From a virus, in IMG/VR virus record IMGVR_UViG_3300014502_000006, positions 11,147 to 75,146 of that record: a DNA stretch of 64,000 nt. One strand, given 5' to 3'. Below are positions 1 through 10,270 of the stretch, one piece after another (the stretch's first letter is position 1; every line of letters begins with the position of its first letter). The position numbers and the translations under genes are program-made. The notes under the pieces are model-generated. The model saw only the letters and a list, made by a program, of their open reading frames with translations, was not told the DNA's origin and made no database searches.

Positions 1-3000
1 GCAGGAGGAGGAGTTGCCGGAGTACTAGGCTTAGTACTAGGGACATAACTGCCCCCGCCACCCGTTCCGCTACCTACAGCGTTTTTATAATTGTTCCAAG
101 CAGCCTGTGCATCTTTCCATGCTTTTACAACATCGTTTTCAATTCCGCTGCCGTAAATGCCATTCCATTCAATCAGCTTGTTGTATAAATCCTGACCACC
201 GCTTTTTGCCATAGCAATAGCATCCTGCATCATCCTGCCGGGTTCTGCAAGGTATTTATCAATAGCATCAATCATTGGCTTGATAGTAGCAGTAAAGTCT
301 GCAAGTTCTTGGTCTAGAGCAGCTTTCTCTTCGGTGATTTGATGAGTTCTCTGTGTCTTGGCGATATCCGTCTTGCTCTTAGCCAAGTCGTCTTCCAGTT
401 TCACTCTCTTGGCTTTTGCTTCCGCACTGTTATCAAGCGCAAGCGCATCCAACTGCATCTGGATTTTTGATTGGTCTTTCTCTTTATTATTTAGCTCTTC
501 CTGATAAGTTATTTCCTGCTCTTTCAGGTCGATGGCTTTTTTCTCTGCATCGATGATGGTTTTCATTCCATCAATACGTGCTTGCAGAGCAGCCTTCTCA
601 TCATCCTTTTGTTTCTTGATGTAAGATTCAACCAGCTTATAATAAGCATCGGCTGTGGGCGCAGACCCACCTCCACCTCCGCTTGGTGCTTTCATTGTAA
701 ATCCACCCGCCGGTACTTTAGCAAGTGCTGCACCTATTGAGACAATAGCCTGATACTCTTCCCATAATGCCGCTGTTTCCTGCGAAAGCGGGTCAACAAC
801 CGCGGCTGCTGCCCATGCAACATACGCGGTTGATTGTGCTTTCATTATTTCTGCTGCGGCGCATGCTCTTGCAACCTCGGCGTTGAGGGTCATCTTTCCG
901 GTTACCGCATCGATGGATATTGCTGTTGCATAACCAGCATCAATTAATTTTAACAGGTTATCAATGGTAAGTCCACCGTCTTTTTGCTGTTGGGCATACG
1001 CGTCCGCAAGCAACTGCTGGTGAGTTTCGAATGCGGTTAGCATATCACCAACAGCTTTAGCTTGACCCGCGCTTGCTTCCGCAGAATCAATTTCTCCCTG
1101 AATATAGGCTTGCTGTTCCGTGGTTAAATCATATGTTGTGCTTAATTCGTCTTTTAAACCATCGACATATTTTTTTAAAGATGCTGCTGTTAGTTCATAT
1201 TGCCCGGTTTGTTGGTTAAGTACAACATCTAAACCTAAGTTTGCGGCTTTGGCAAGTTCAGCCTCTGTGACAGTTCCTGTCATCAAATCTTTTTGCAAAG
1301 ATGCTAAATCACTTATCTTTGCGTGTAATTCTGCGGCTTGCCTACCAAACGCACTGGCATCCAAGGTAACTTTGATACCGTGCAGTTTATTGAACTCAGC
1401 TTGAAGCTTTGCTACATTGGCTGCGGTTTCCGCAACCAACTGGTCATTAAGCATACCTTGAAATACTTTTCTCAGTGCAGGGTCGGTTAATGTTGATATA
1501 AACGCTTCCTGTGAATCATGTCCAGCCTTTTTGAAAGCTTCTTCCATTGTACTAAGAGAGTCTTGATATGATGTTTGAAATTCTGCTTTTTGTTTATCAG
1601 TATAGCCCCAAGACCATATTCCCTGCGACCCTTGCAGAACATTGAGTTGCTCTTGCAAATCTTTAGCGCCACCTTTTAATGAATTATCGGCAGCTTGCTT
1701 TGCGTCAGCAGCAGCCGCTTTCATATGGTCTAGCGTTGTCCCTGTTAAATCACCCATTGCGGCAGAGCTTTTGAGGATGGCGTTTCCAAGGTCATCATAT
1801 CCAACAACCAGTTCTGGTATAAGTGTTGCCAGTTGATTTGAAACATCGTAGAGTTTTTGAGTATCGTCTGCTGATAAACCCGCGGTATTCTGTTGTGTTA
1901 TTAGCGATTGGTATTGAGTCCCAAGGTCAGTGATTTGCTTCATGGAATTGGCAAGGTCTTGTACTTTTTGGGCAGCTTTATCGGCTGCTGCTGCTAAATC
2001 TTGTATATGCTGCGCGGGGGTTACACTTAAAAAGTGTATAGCTGCTGCGCCAAGAGCAACGAGTGCCATTATAAGCAAGTTCATTCCCATCGTTGCTCCG
2101 GTTTCCGAGCCGGTAATTAAAACAAGCAAATCGTTGAAACTCTCTAGCGCAATATCACCTGTTGCCAGTTCTGCTGGAAGATTCATAAGCATGCTTATAA
2201 ATCCTTCTATGGCAGTTCCAGCCATTAGAAGTTTTGTTTTTAAAAATTCCAGATTAAATAATATCAATCCTGTTACCACTACTGCAAGTATGGTAGGAAT
2301 TCCACCCATTGCATTAATGAATTTTAATATTGCACTTACAACATTTAGAACAGCAACATAAACAGGAACAAATTGCTCCGTTATGCTCATAGCAAGCCCT
2401 TGCGCGGATGCCTTCATTCTGTTCTGTGCTGCTTCAGCGCCTTGCAAATATATTGCATATCTTTCCTGTGCCAAGCCAGCCGAATCTGCTTCGGCAGTTT
2501 GGTCAGCCATAGCCTGACCCATGTTCTCCATAAGAACACGGAACATGTTCGCCTGACGTATACCGCCAATCATTTTGCCGATATAGGCTTGCGTAGCACT
2601 ATCCAGAGTACTCCATTTTCCAGCAACCTCCTGAAGAACATCGCCCATGTCCCTGAAGTTGCCGCTAGTGTCCCTGAGGGTTACATTAGCTCTTGCAAGA
2701 GCGGCTTCCACATTGTTGATGCCAATACCATCCGCATCAATCTTTCCTGCCTTGATATCTGCCATACGAGCCAGCATGGTCTTCATAGCCTGACCAACCT
2801 GCTCGGCGTGTTGCCTTGTTACAGATGAAATAACTCCGATGTAAGAAACCAGTTGGTCAAAACTTACACCAACAGCATATGCTTCAGCGGCTGAATATCT
2901 TAAAGCAGTCGCTAACTCGTTCGTTGTGGTTGCACTTCTGTTGCTTACGGCAACCAGCTTATCAACAACAGTTGCTGAATCCTCAACGCTCATATTAAAG

Positions 3001-4073
3001 GAATTTATGGTTGAGGTCAAAAGGTCTGTTGCCGTTGCCACATCCATAAGACCCAACTTGGCGAGGTAGGTTGATGCAGTGACCAGCTTTTCTGTTTCCT
3101 GAATACTATAGCCCTGCTTTAACCACTCTTGGCTTCCCTTTGCAATTTCGAGAGTGGTTGTGCCCAACGCCTGAGCCAGATTGTTATAATCCTGTGCAAG
3201 ACCGGCAATTTCAGAACCAGTTGTTAAACCTTTTATGCCCAATTCCTGAACCTGAATCATTTGCTTGTTTAGGTCAATGGCAAACTGCACAGCCTGATTT
3301 AGAAGCCTGAAAGCCTCCATAACCAGTTTTAAGGACATGGAGTAACTCAAAGTACGGGTGAATGCCTGACTGATTTGTTCGCCCCAATTTGCAAAAATGC
3401 TAGTGCTTTCCTTTGCAGCGTCTCCAACCTCTTTTACCGGCACAACCAAGCCACTAGCCATTTCATTCAATTTCTGAAGGCTTGCCTCGCCTCTTTGACC
3501 GAGCATGTCAAAACTTGTTGCTGTATCGAGCACGTTTTGCGCTACTGCTCTCTGCTCATCAATTTCTGCGCTTTCGCCCGCGGTTGTAGCATCCAAGTAT
3601 GCTTGTGCAGTTTCTCTTACCTGTGCATATCCTTCATTTACACTGTCTATCGCAGTTCTATATTTCCCAAAAGCGTCTGCGGTTTTAGTAATCGTTTGCT
3701 CATCTACAATTTTTGCTGTTCCACTGGCTAACTTTGCATTTACAGCAGCCACATCTTCATATTGGCTTACTACTTTGTCAAGTCCTTGCTGCCAATTGAC
3801 GGTTTGCTGAACAATATATTTTGTCTGGTCGCCGGTTTCCAAGTCTTCAAGGGTTTGCACCTTCATGGTTACTTGGTCAATTCCGTCCGCTTGCTGAAGG
3901 ATGAGATTGAGCTTTGTTTGGGCAAGTTGTAGACTACCCGCATCTGCGGTCTGCCCCTGAGCCAGAGGGATTTGTAAAGGCTGGCTTTTCAGTGATTCGG
4001 CAAAAGATTTAATATCAGAGTTTAAGCCGGTTGTATCTCCTTGAAAGCCTACCGTATAGGTAAAATCTGCCAT
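1..4073 (-). CDS. Tail tape measure protein (TP901-family core), truncated at the left window edge
   Basis: Absent from the ORF track, consistent with no stop inside the window. ATG at 4073 with GGAGG at 4080-4084. My translation of the N-terminal part gives MADFTYTVG...LAQALGTTTLEIAKGSQEWFKQGYS...VDKLVAVSNRSATTTNELATAL...VGQAMKTMLARM, a typical tape measure core. Ala-rich, downstream of the tail genes. Confidence 0.9.
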   Translation of the reverse strand, partial: MADFTYTVGFQGDTTGLNSDIKSFAESLKSQPLQIPLAQGQTADAGSLQLAQTKLNLILQQADGIDQVTMKVQTLEDLETGDQTKYIVQQTVNWQQGLDKVVSQYEDVAAVNAKLASGTAKIVDEQTITKTADAFGKYRTAIDSVNEGYAQVRETAQAYLDATTAGESAEIDEQRAVAQNVLDTATSFDMLGQRGEASLQKLNEMASGLVVPVKEVGDAAKESTSIFANWGEQISQAFTRTLSYSMSLKLVMEAFRLLNQAVQFAIDLNKQMIQVQELGIKGLTTGSEIAGLAQDYNNLAQALGTTTLEIAKGSQEWLKQGYSIQETEKLVTASTYLAKLGLMDVATATDLLTSTINSFNMSVEDSATVVDKLVAVSNRSATTTNELATALRYSAAEAYAVGVSFDQLVSYIGVISSVTRQHAEQVGQAMKTMLARMADIKAGKIDADGIGINNVEAALARANVTLRDTSGNFRDMGDVLQEVAGKWSTLDSATQAYIGKMIGGIRQANMFRVLMENMGQAMADQTAEADSAGLAQERYAIYLQGAEAAQNRMKASAQGLAMSITEQFVPVYVAVLNVVSAILKFINAMGGIPTILAVVVTGLILFNLEFLKTKLLMAGTAIEGFISMLMNLPAELATGDIALESFNDLLVLITGSETGATMGMNLLIMALVALGAAAIHFLSVTPAQHIQDLAAAADKAAQKVQDLANSMKQITDLGTQYQSLITQQNTAGLSADDTQKLYDVSNQLATLIPELVVGYDDLGNAILKSSAAMGDLTGTTLDHMKAAAADAKQAADNSLKGGAKDLQEQLNVLQGSQGIWSWGYTDKQKAEFQTSYQDSLSTMEEAFKKAGHDSQEAFISTLTDPALRKVFQGMLNDQLVAETAANVAKLQAEFNKLHGIKVTLDASAFGRQAAELHAKISDLASLQKDLMTGTVTEAELAKAANLGLDVVLNQQTGQYELTAASLKKYVDGLKDELSTTYDLTTEQQAYIQGEIDSAEASAGQAKAVGDMLTAFETHQQLLADAYAQQQKDGGLTIDNLLKLIDAGYATAISIDAVTGKMTLNAEVARACAAAEIMKAQSTAYVAWAAAAVVDPLSQETAALWEEYQAIVSIGAALAKVPAGGFTMKAPSGGGGGSAPTADAYYKLVESYIKKQKDDEKAALQARIDGMKTIIDAEKKAIDLKEQEITYQEELNNKEKDQSKIQMQLDALALDNSAEAKAKRVKLEDDLAKSKTDIAKTQRTHQITEEKAALDQELADFTATIKPMIDAIDKYLAEPGRMMQDAIAMAKSGGQDLYNKLIEWNGIYGSGIENDVVKAWKDAQAAWNNYKNAVGSGTGGGGSYVPSTKPSTPATPPP

Positions 4074-4118
4074 CTAAAACCTCCTTCAACAAAGCCCGAA
4101 AGAGGCTTTATTGCATCA

Positions 4119-5117
4119 TTACAATTTTAAGTTTTCCAACTCCTTGTATGTCCTGTCGCGCGCCGTGCTATCATCATAAAGCGTGACCATTTCCAAGCTG
4201 CTCCAACCGAATATTTCTTTTATCAATACTTGCGGAACATTCTTCTTGGATAGCAGTGTCGTCAAATAATGGCGCAGTGCGTGTGTATAAAATGGAACTT
4301 TTAAGTGGTCTTCAAACTCCTTTACCCAACCCCTGATGGTGGCTGGAGTTGCAGGAGTGCCATCCTGTTTTATGAAAAGAAACTTGTGGTCTAACTTCTT
4401 CTTCTTTAAAATCTTTGTACGTTCAATTAGCCAAACATTATAATAAGGCAAGAATTTCTCACGAACGATATACTTGTAAAGAAGTTTACCGGCTTTTCCC
4501 CTGCCTTTTGTCTTTAACTGTCGGGTCGTTTCCAAGAACAAATCCCCAAAAGCCATCCTATTTTCGTCTATCATATCTGTTTCAAAACTCAATAATTCTG
4601 TGAACCTAGCACCACTGGTAATAGCCAGTGCCACCCAACAGGCTTGCTGCTTGTTATGTTTGCTTAAATATGCCAGTAATTCTTCAACTTGTTCCACAGT
4701 TAAAATAGTTTTTTCCCTGCGTTGCTCTTTTGGTGAGGATTCCACAACCTTCAAAATAACGTTCCTGAAATCCGGGTATTCCTCATCATAAAATTTTTCA
4801 ATAAAGGCGGAAAAAGAGGACAAAACACTGCGCATATTGTTTAGTTTTGAAGAACCAACCTTTAGCTCATCCACCGCAAAGCTAAAGAAATCTGCGAATT
4901 CCAGTTTCTTTATATCTATAAAGAACTTATTGTTGTTATGCAATAAATTCCATGTAAAGAACATTGTCAGGTTCGAGTCATATACCACAATTGTTTTGTC
5001 GCTGGTGCGGGTTGATTTCTCCTTAAGAAATCTCTTCATCAGAGTTATATTTTCTGGATTTATTTGTGCTGTAAGTTCATCCGATGTTATCTTATTGCGA
5101 AAAGTTTTTCTTGGCAT
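4119..5117 (-). CDS. Tyrosine recombinase (phage integrase family)
   Basis: Catalytic motifs SGARFTEL (R), KTKG (K), HALRH (HxxR), FGW..LEMVTLY (W/Y). Start moved to MPRKTF (5117), which has GGAGG at 5123-5127. Confidence 0.9.
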   Translation of the reverse strand: MPRKTFRNKITSDELTAQINPENITLMKRFLKEKSTRTSDKTIVVYDSNLTMFFTWNLLHNNNKFFIDIKKLEFADFFSFAVDELKVGSSKLNNMRSVLSSFSAFIEKFYDEEYPDFRNVILKVVESSPKEQRREKTILTVEQVEELLAYLSKHNKQQACWVALAITSGARFTELLSFETDMIDENRMAFGDLFLETTRQLKTKGRGKAGKLLYKYIVREKFLPYYNVWLIERTKILKKKKLDHKFLFIKQDGTPATPATIRGWVKEFEDHLKVPFYTHALRHYLTTLLSKKNVPQVLIKEIFGWSSLEMVTLYDDSTARDRTYKELENLKL

Positions 5118-5580
5118 TGCTGCCTCCATGCTCAGCGAAATACGCCATAGCAAGTGCAAAAGCGTCTGATTCGTCAAGGCTGTTGAATTTCATCTTGGGA
5201 TATTTTTTTAAGATGATATCCCGTATCTCTTCTTTGGTCATGTTTCCTTTTCCACCGACTATTTTTTTTACGGTGGTAGCGGGATAGTATATTTGTTCAA
5301 ATTCACAAAAAATATAATTTGCAATTCCGTGAACTTTGAATATTGCCTGAGTGCTTTTATTGTACAGGGTAAATCCCTGCTCAATAATAACTACAGTAGG
5401 CATATATTCTCTCATTAGTTTTATGAATTCTTTTCCAATCATTTTAAGTTTCAGTTTGGATTCATCCAAGCTTTTCGTGTCTATGGTTACTGCTTTTACA
5501 AAAATACCATCATTGGTAAAGATACAAACTCCCGTGGAATTCAGGGATAGGTCGAGTGCGTAAACATATTTTTCTCTCAT
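5092..5580 (-). CDS. ruvC: RuvC-like Holliday junction resolvase
   Basis: ALDLSLNSTG, VIIEQ, PATTVKKIVGGKGNMTKEEI, DESDAFALA match the RuvC acidic tetrad layout. Confidence 0.85.
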   Translation of the reverse strand: MREKYVYALDLSLNSTGVCIFTNDGIFVKAVTIDTKSLDESKLKLKMIGKEFIKLMREYMPTVVIIEQGFTLYNKSTQAIFKVHGIANYIFCEFEQIYYPATTVKKIVGGKGNMTKEEIRDIILKKYPKMKFNSLDESDAFALAMAYFAEHGGSNAKKNFSQ

Positions 5581-5595
5581 AGTATTATAATTCCC

Positions 5596-5629
5596 AAAAA
5601 AGAGAGGCGGATGGTGAGTCCGCCTCTCT
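5596..5629 (-). terminator. Intrinsic terminator
   Basis: AGAGAGGCGGA-N7-TCCGCCTCTCT followed by a T-run on the minus strand. Confidence 0.75.
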
Positions 5630-5637
5630 CAATTGAA

Positions 5638-5943
5638 TTACTTCCCTTTAAATAGTGCTTCGTGAACAGCGACCAGTTTGTTGTATGCTTTCTGCAAAAA
5701 GATTGCTGCGAATGCTACTGCTGCAATTGCAAAATATGGTGCGATTACCGCTAGTGTTGCCTGAGGAACGTATGTTATAACCGCATATGCTCCACCGCCA
5801 ATCACCAGAGAAGCAGCAAAGAAAATCCATTGCCTAATATTCTCGGCTAGAGCCGCATAGCTAGGGATTTGTCCTAATAACCAAGATGCGACAATCATAA
5901 AGCCGCCTCCGGTTAACCAGATTAAGAAATCACTAATATTCAT
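5638..5943 (-). CDS. Small membrane protein, holin-like
   Basis: 101 aa, about three hydrophobic segments, basic C-terminus, RBS present. Confidence 0.45.
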   Translation of the reverse strand: MNISDFLIWLTGGGFMIVASWLLGQIPSYAALAENIRQWIFFAASLVIGGGAYAVITYVPQATLAVIAPYFAIAAVAFAAIFLQKAYNKLVAVHEALFKGK

Positions 5944-5953
5944 TTTTCTCCTT

Positions 5954-7171
5954 TTATTTTTTTAATTCTTTTGGATAATTAACAGCAAGAAGCTTATGCT
6001 GTTTTTGAAGATTTGCCATTGCCTCAAAGAATGCCAGCCTTGTTGATTCTGAAAATAAGTTATACTCTTCTTTATAAATACTTGTGTCAAGCCCAACATG
6101 AAGATTCTTTTTGATGTTTAACTCTATTTCAAGGTGCACATTTCCCATACTAAAAACGCCAGCCTTAAAATCACTAGCAGAGTTAGTAGTTATAGTTACT
6201 CTGGCACGTGGTTCGAACAGGGGTGCACTGGGATTATTTTTTACATCGAGCATTGCTAGTAATTTTGGTACATCTAATCTAAAAAATATCCATGCTGCAA
6301 GATATTCAAATAGAAACCATTCAACCCCTTGCCTTTTTCCTTTATCATATACTTCGGTTTCAATCAGCAACAATGCCATGAGCTTATGAAAAATCTCAGC
6401 CAGCCCTACGATAAGGCCAATAATAGGGTTAATAACAACATCTATGTCTATATCTAGCTTTTTCTTTAAGGCTGCTCCTCCCTCCTCTGCTGCTTTTTTC
6501 TCTTTTCTTTTAAGTCTTTCTTCTGCACTTACATGCCAATTAGGGCTTGTTGGCGTATAGCCTTGCCACGCCCCGGCTGCAATAGTTGCTTTACCAACAT
6601 TAAGGCTTCCACTGCTAATGGCTTTCATTTCAGGAGCTAAAGCTAAAACAAGTTGGTCTGTAATACCTTGTCTTTCAGCCTCCAGTCGCAAATCCGGGCC
6701 GGATATGTTGTTGATTGGAAATCCTAAAACCATGTTTTCAAAGAATGCCCCCATGTACCCACCACCACCACCACCCGAAAACATGGTGGCTTGTGTGTCA
6801 ATGTTCATGTTGACTTCTCTTTTCGCGCTTTTTCCTGTTCCTATGTTTAAGCTTACATCTCCGAGTTTTAAGTTTTTCGGATTGCTACCATGCGCAAAAA
6901 ACCATCCTTGCGGAAGCCCTGTTGATGTTTCGTAAGATTTATCTGTCATCGCAGTAATGGCTTGCGGAGTCAAACTTTCCGCCATTATCGTTGTAACAAC
7001 ATTTATCATGTTGTCAAGAGTATATCCAGCCATACCTTCAACTTGCATAACGTGACCAGATAAATCAGCAAGCAACACTTTAGCTGCTTCTGGAGTTATA
7101 TTCCCCTGCGCGTCTACGAGAGCCATTGCCTTTTCTCCCATAATCGTACCAATTTTCTCTTCAAATGGCAT
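5954..7171 (-). CDS. Hypothetical protein in tail module
   Basis: 405-aa ORF with GGAGG RBS; no family recognised. Confidence 0.55.
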   Translation of the reverse strand: MPFEEKIGTIMGEKAMALVDAQGNITPEAAKVLLADLSGHVMQVEGMAGYTLDNMINVVTTIMAESLTPQAITAMTDKSYETSTGLPQGWFFAHGSNPKNLKLGDVSLNIGTGKSAKREVNMNIDTQATMFSGGGGGGYMGAFFENMVLGFPINNISGPDLRLEAERQGITDQLVLALAPEMKAISSGSLNVGKATIAAGAWQGYTPTSPNWHVSAEERLKRKEKKAAEEGGAALKKKLDIDIDVVINPIIGLIVGLAEIFHKLMALLLIETEVYDKGKRQGVEWFLFEYLAAWIFFRLDVPKLLAMLDVKNNPSAPLFEPRARVTITTNSASDFKAGVFSMGNVHLEIELNIKKNLHVGLDTSIYKEEYNLFSESTRLAFFEAMANLQKQHKLLAVNYPKELKK

Positions 7172-7204
7172 AGATACCTCCTTTCTTACGAAAAATTAAG
7201 ATTT

Positions 7205-7420
7205 TTATAAAGTTAAATCATCTTCTTGTCTGCGCCTTCTTTTCTGTTCTACCTCTCGTTCATAGTCGCAATTTCTATTGGAACAAGCAATATATTCTTT
7301 TGGAACAATCACCTCGATTCCATTATTCATGGTTTTAACATCAATCACCCTTAGCTGGAGAACTTTCCCGCATTCGGGGCAGCGCTCTTTTAAGGAATGT
7401 TTAAGTCTGCCGAGCGTCAT
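7205..7420 (-). CDS. Small zinc-ribbon protein
   Basis: CPEC...CSNRNC; ATGA overlap with the upstream gene. Confidence 0.6.
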   Translation of the reverse strand: MTLGRLKHSLKERCPECGKVLQLRVIDVKTMNNGIEVIVPKEYIACSNRNCDYEREVEQKRRRRQEDDLTL

Positions 7421-7989
7421 TGCTGCGCTTTCACTTCCACTTGCTGCTTCAAAGCGTCTTCTCCCAAAACAGATGATTCCTTAAGCTTGTCAGCAAGTTC
7501 TAATCCTGCTTTTTTTGTGCTCTCAATCTGCTCCGGGGTTATCTCAGCAAGACTTTTCAATAACGGTTCTGCCCTGTTTACTAGGTCGCTAATAACCGTT
7601 CCAAGAGAATTTGCCAAAACAAGTTGTTCTTTTACTTCACCAACAATGTTTTCCAATCTATATCTAAAATCGTTATAGTTCACAATCTCAGATGTTATTC
7701 TTTCAACAAACTCCGGGTCAACATAAGCATCATTATTCAAAGTTTCCACATCTATATTTGTGCATCCTTGAAGGATGTAGTTGAACAGGTTGAACTCTGC
7801 CGGAATATAGTTGTAGTCTGAAAGAGGAATTAAGGGCTTATCACTCTTCCCAAAATAATCGCCCATATAACGGTTGATTAGAACCGCTTGGTGCGCCAGA
7901 GCCAGAAAGGGTATTATTTCAATGCTAACACCCTTATATACAATTGTTTTCTTTTCTGGAATTTTGAATTCCACTGTAACCTTATCCAT
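7417..7989 (-). CDS. Hypothetical protein, possible tail assembly chaperone
   Basis: Acidic 190-aa ORF between the major tail and tape measure genes; function inferred from position only. Confidence 0.45.
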   Translation of the reverse strand: MDKVTVEFKIPEKKTIVYKGVSIEIIPFLALAHQAVLINRYMGDYFGKSDKPLIPLSDYNYIPAEFNLFNYILQGCTNIDVETLNNDAYVDPEFVERITSEIVNYNDFRYRLENIVGEVKEQLVLANSLGTVISDLVNRAEPLLKSLAEITPEQIESTKKAGLELADKLKESSVLGEDALKQQVEVKAQQ

Positions 7990-8009
7990 TTAAATCTCCA
8001 TTTAGGATT

Positions 8010-8043
8010 AAAAATACACCGCTACTTTTCAGTAACGGTGTAT
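8010..8043 (-). terminator. Intrinsic terminator
   Basis: ATACACCGTTAC-loop-GTAGCGGTGTAT followed by TTTT. Confidence 0.65.
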
Positions 8044-8050
8044 CTGTATG

Positions 8051-8296
8051 TTATAGGGTAATAATATCCCCTACCTTGTATTTCTTATATTCTTCGGTTA
8101 TTGGAATTTTATAACCGTTTTCTTTGTCATCTTTCAGCATCAGGCAACCTTTTACAATCCCGGTAACTGTTGCTTTTACCTTGCCCTTTGAAGAATCTTT
8201 TTCTTTTGCTGTTTTTACTTCAGCTTCAAGAGGAATCTCAACCTTGGGAATTATAGGCTCTTCAAAAAGCTCTTTTTCCGTTTTATCTTTAACCAT
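8051..8296 (-). CDS. Small hypothetical protein
   Basis: 81-aa ORF with GGAGG RBS. Confidence 0.55.
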   Translation of the reverse strand: MVKDKTEKELFEEPIIPKVEIPLEAEVKTAKEKDSSKGKVKATVTGIVKGCLMLKDDKENGYKIPITEEYKKYKVGDIITL

Positions 8297-8351
8297 TATA
8301 CCTCCTCCAAAGGGAGGGGGCGGTTTATCCGCCCCTACTATTGTTCAAAAG

Positions 8352-9455
8352 TTACACGATGGTAATGGTAACGGTTGTATCGATTGGGTTAGTCCATCCG
8401 GTAGTATTGCTGATAAGAGCAGTAACAATGGCAGGCCCGGTCGCTGTTGCAGCAGTAACAACACCGCTATGCGCAGCAACACTTGCTCCCGCAGGAGAAC
8501 CGGCGAGCATTGAGAATAGTAAATCCGCAACCGGTGCTTTGAAGGCAGAGCCGGATGAAGGAACAGCCCAAACATTCAGGGTTGTAGTTGTGTTGTGGGT
8601 CATATTGAAATCTCCGCCAACAACAGTTAAACCAATTACGTTATCGTACCAGACAGCGGTATCGATGACTTCAATAATTTTTGCGTAATATGGCTCAATA
8701 GAGCACGGAGTGGTTGTTCCAATTGGGTCGGTATAAGCCAGAGCAGTACCGGTCAAAGGAGTATTGGAAACACCATCGCTCTTCATTGCAATGTTGAAAG
8801 CGCCAGACAAGGTAACGGTAGGTGCGATAATTTGTACAATACCAATCTTGTTGGAACTAACATCAGCAGAGTTCAACTGTGTTTCCATAACCAATCTTAC
8901 AACTTTTGGAACAATGTTTGCGTTAACAGTAACATAGTTAGCACCAGCATCGTTTTCAAAATATCTTACGCAGACATACTCTCCCATCGCTCCCAATATT
9001 TCGCCACCGGTGGTTACAAAACTCCACGGCGTACCTGTGGTAAAGGTAACCCTGTAGGTTGCGCTGCTATCAGCCTTGGTAGCCCAACCATAAATAGTTG
9101 TACCACCAATATCGGACAGCGGAACAACATCAGCAGCCATCAAGCCGCCGGTTGTGGAGGTCAACTGTACGTTTGCCTCCTTGTAAGTGCCTGTGCTGGT
9201 TTCAATATCGCTACCAACAGTAGAGCCAAGCAAACCAAGATTCCACTGAGTATCAGTCAAGGTGAATTTCATGATGCCTGTGTGGTAGTAGATGTACTGC
9301 AACTGAGCGCCACGTCCACCGTGTACGGGTGTAGAGCCGAGAGCTACATCTATAGAGCTATCTAGCAGGGTTTTGCTGGTGAAAATGATTTCATCAGTTT
9401 CGGTGTTATAGCCGTAAACGTCTGCAACGCTCGTTAAGAATTTTCTAATTGCCAT
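8352..9455 (-). CDS. Major tail (tube) protein with C-terminal Ig-like domain
   Basis: Beta-rich, Thr/Gly-rich; KFLTSVADV...TLLDSSI...GGRGAQLQYIYYH N-terminus recalls SPbeta-type tail tubes; followed by a hairpin at about 8315-8338. Confidence 0.7.
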   Translation of the reverse strand: MAIRKFLTSVADVYGYNTETDEIIFTSKTLLDSSIDVALGSTPVHGGRGAQLQYIYYHTGIMKFTLTDTQWNLGLLGSTVGSDIETSTGTYKEANVQLTSTTGGLMAADVVPLSDIGGTTIYGWATKADSSATYRVTFTTGTPWSFVTTGGEILGAMGEYVCVRYFENDAGANYVTVNANIVPKVVRLVMETQLNSADVSSNKIGIVQIIAPTVTLSGAFNIAMKSDGVSNTPLTGTALAYTDPIGTTTPCSIEPYYAKIIEVIDTAVWYDNVIGLTVVGGDFNMTHNTTTTLNVWAVPSSGSAFKAPVADLLFSMLAGSPAGASVAAHSGVVTAATATGPAIVTALISNTTGWTNPIDTTVTITIV

Positions 9456-9486
9456 TTTTCGAACCTCCTAATTTTGTAGTAAAGTG

Positions 9487-10263
9487 CTACTTTTTAGCAC
9501 TTTCCATAGAAATCGTGCTTTTAACCGCATCCAAACTTATAGAAACATCGGCATACTTATCTTCATCAAGATTGGTAAGCCAGTGCTTTATAATAGACTT
9601 ATCTTTAAATTCAGTAAAGCCAGCTATGGATGCAGCCAAATAAATCTTGTAATGTATTAAATTATCCAGTCTCCTTATGCTTTTTGTGAATTTCCTTACG
9701 CTCATCGCACGAATATAATCCAGATTCCAGCCAGTTGCCACAGAAAGAGAAACTATATAATCCTCAAAGGATGCTGGTTTCGCACCGTTCATTTTGTTTT
9801 TATATTCTCTTGCTTTTTCCAGAGAATCCCTGACCTCTTTTGACATGTTCTCATCTGGAAGGTCAATTAGATTCTGTTCAGAGATTATTTTCTTAATCTC
9901 ATCAAAATCCTGAGGAGTATATATTTCATTTTCAATGATAAAGAATGGTTTTCTCTTTTCATCGAACTTATAACGATTCATGCTCTCTTTTACATCTTCA
10001 AATGATTTTTCATCTCTCAAACATATGGAAAGCAATCTATCAAAGAATATCAAATAGGGTTTTCCTTCCTTTTCGGTTACATTATATAGATACTCTAATT
10101 CTGTCATTGAAATTATTTTTGGGTCTGGTATGCTGTTCTTATCCAGAAGAAAACATTGCGAATATGTATTGAAGAGCATATAGTCTTTTACTGTTGCTGG
10201 ATATATTTTTATGGTTTTGTAAGGAACTGGTAAATCAAATACGGTATACTGAGTAATGTCCAT
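9487..10263 (-). CDS. Morphogenesis protein (tail/neck region)
   Basis: 258-aa ORF in the structural operon; function from position only. Confidence 0.5.
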   Translation of the reverse strand: MDITQYTVFDLPVPYKTIKIYPATVKDYMLFNTYSQCFLLDKNSIPDPKIISMTELEYLYNVTEKEGKPYLIFFDRLLSICLRDEKSFEDVKESMNRYKFDEKRKPFFIIENEIYTPQDFDEIKKIISEQNLIDLPDENMSKEVRDSLEKAREYKNKMNGAKPASFEDYIVSLSVATGWNLDYIRAMSVRKFTKSIRRLDNLIHYKIYLAASIAGFTEFKDKSIIKHWLTNLDEDKYADVSISLDAVKSTISMESAKK

Positions 10264-10270
10264 GTTATCC

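Noticed and set aside
1120-3810. Short ORFs on both strands at the left end
   Set aside because: They overlap the minus-strand tape measure frame, which the ORF track missed because it runs off the window.
4119-5117. Treating the recombinase as a prophage boundary or mobile element
   Set aside because: Phage structural genes continue on both sides and no att-like repeat or host gene is visible.
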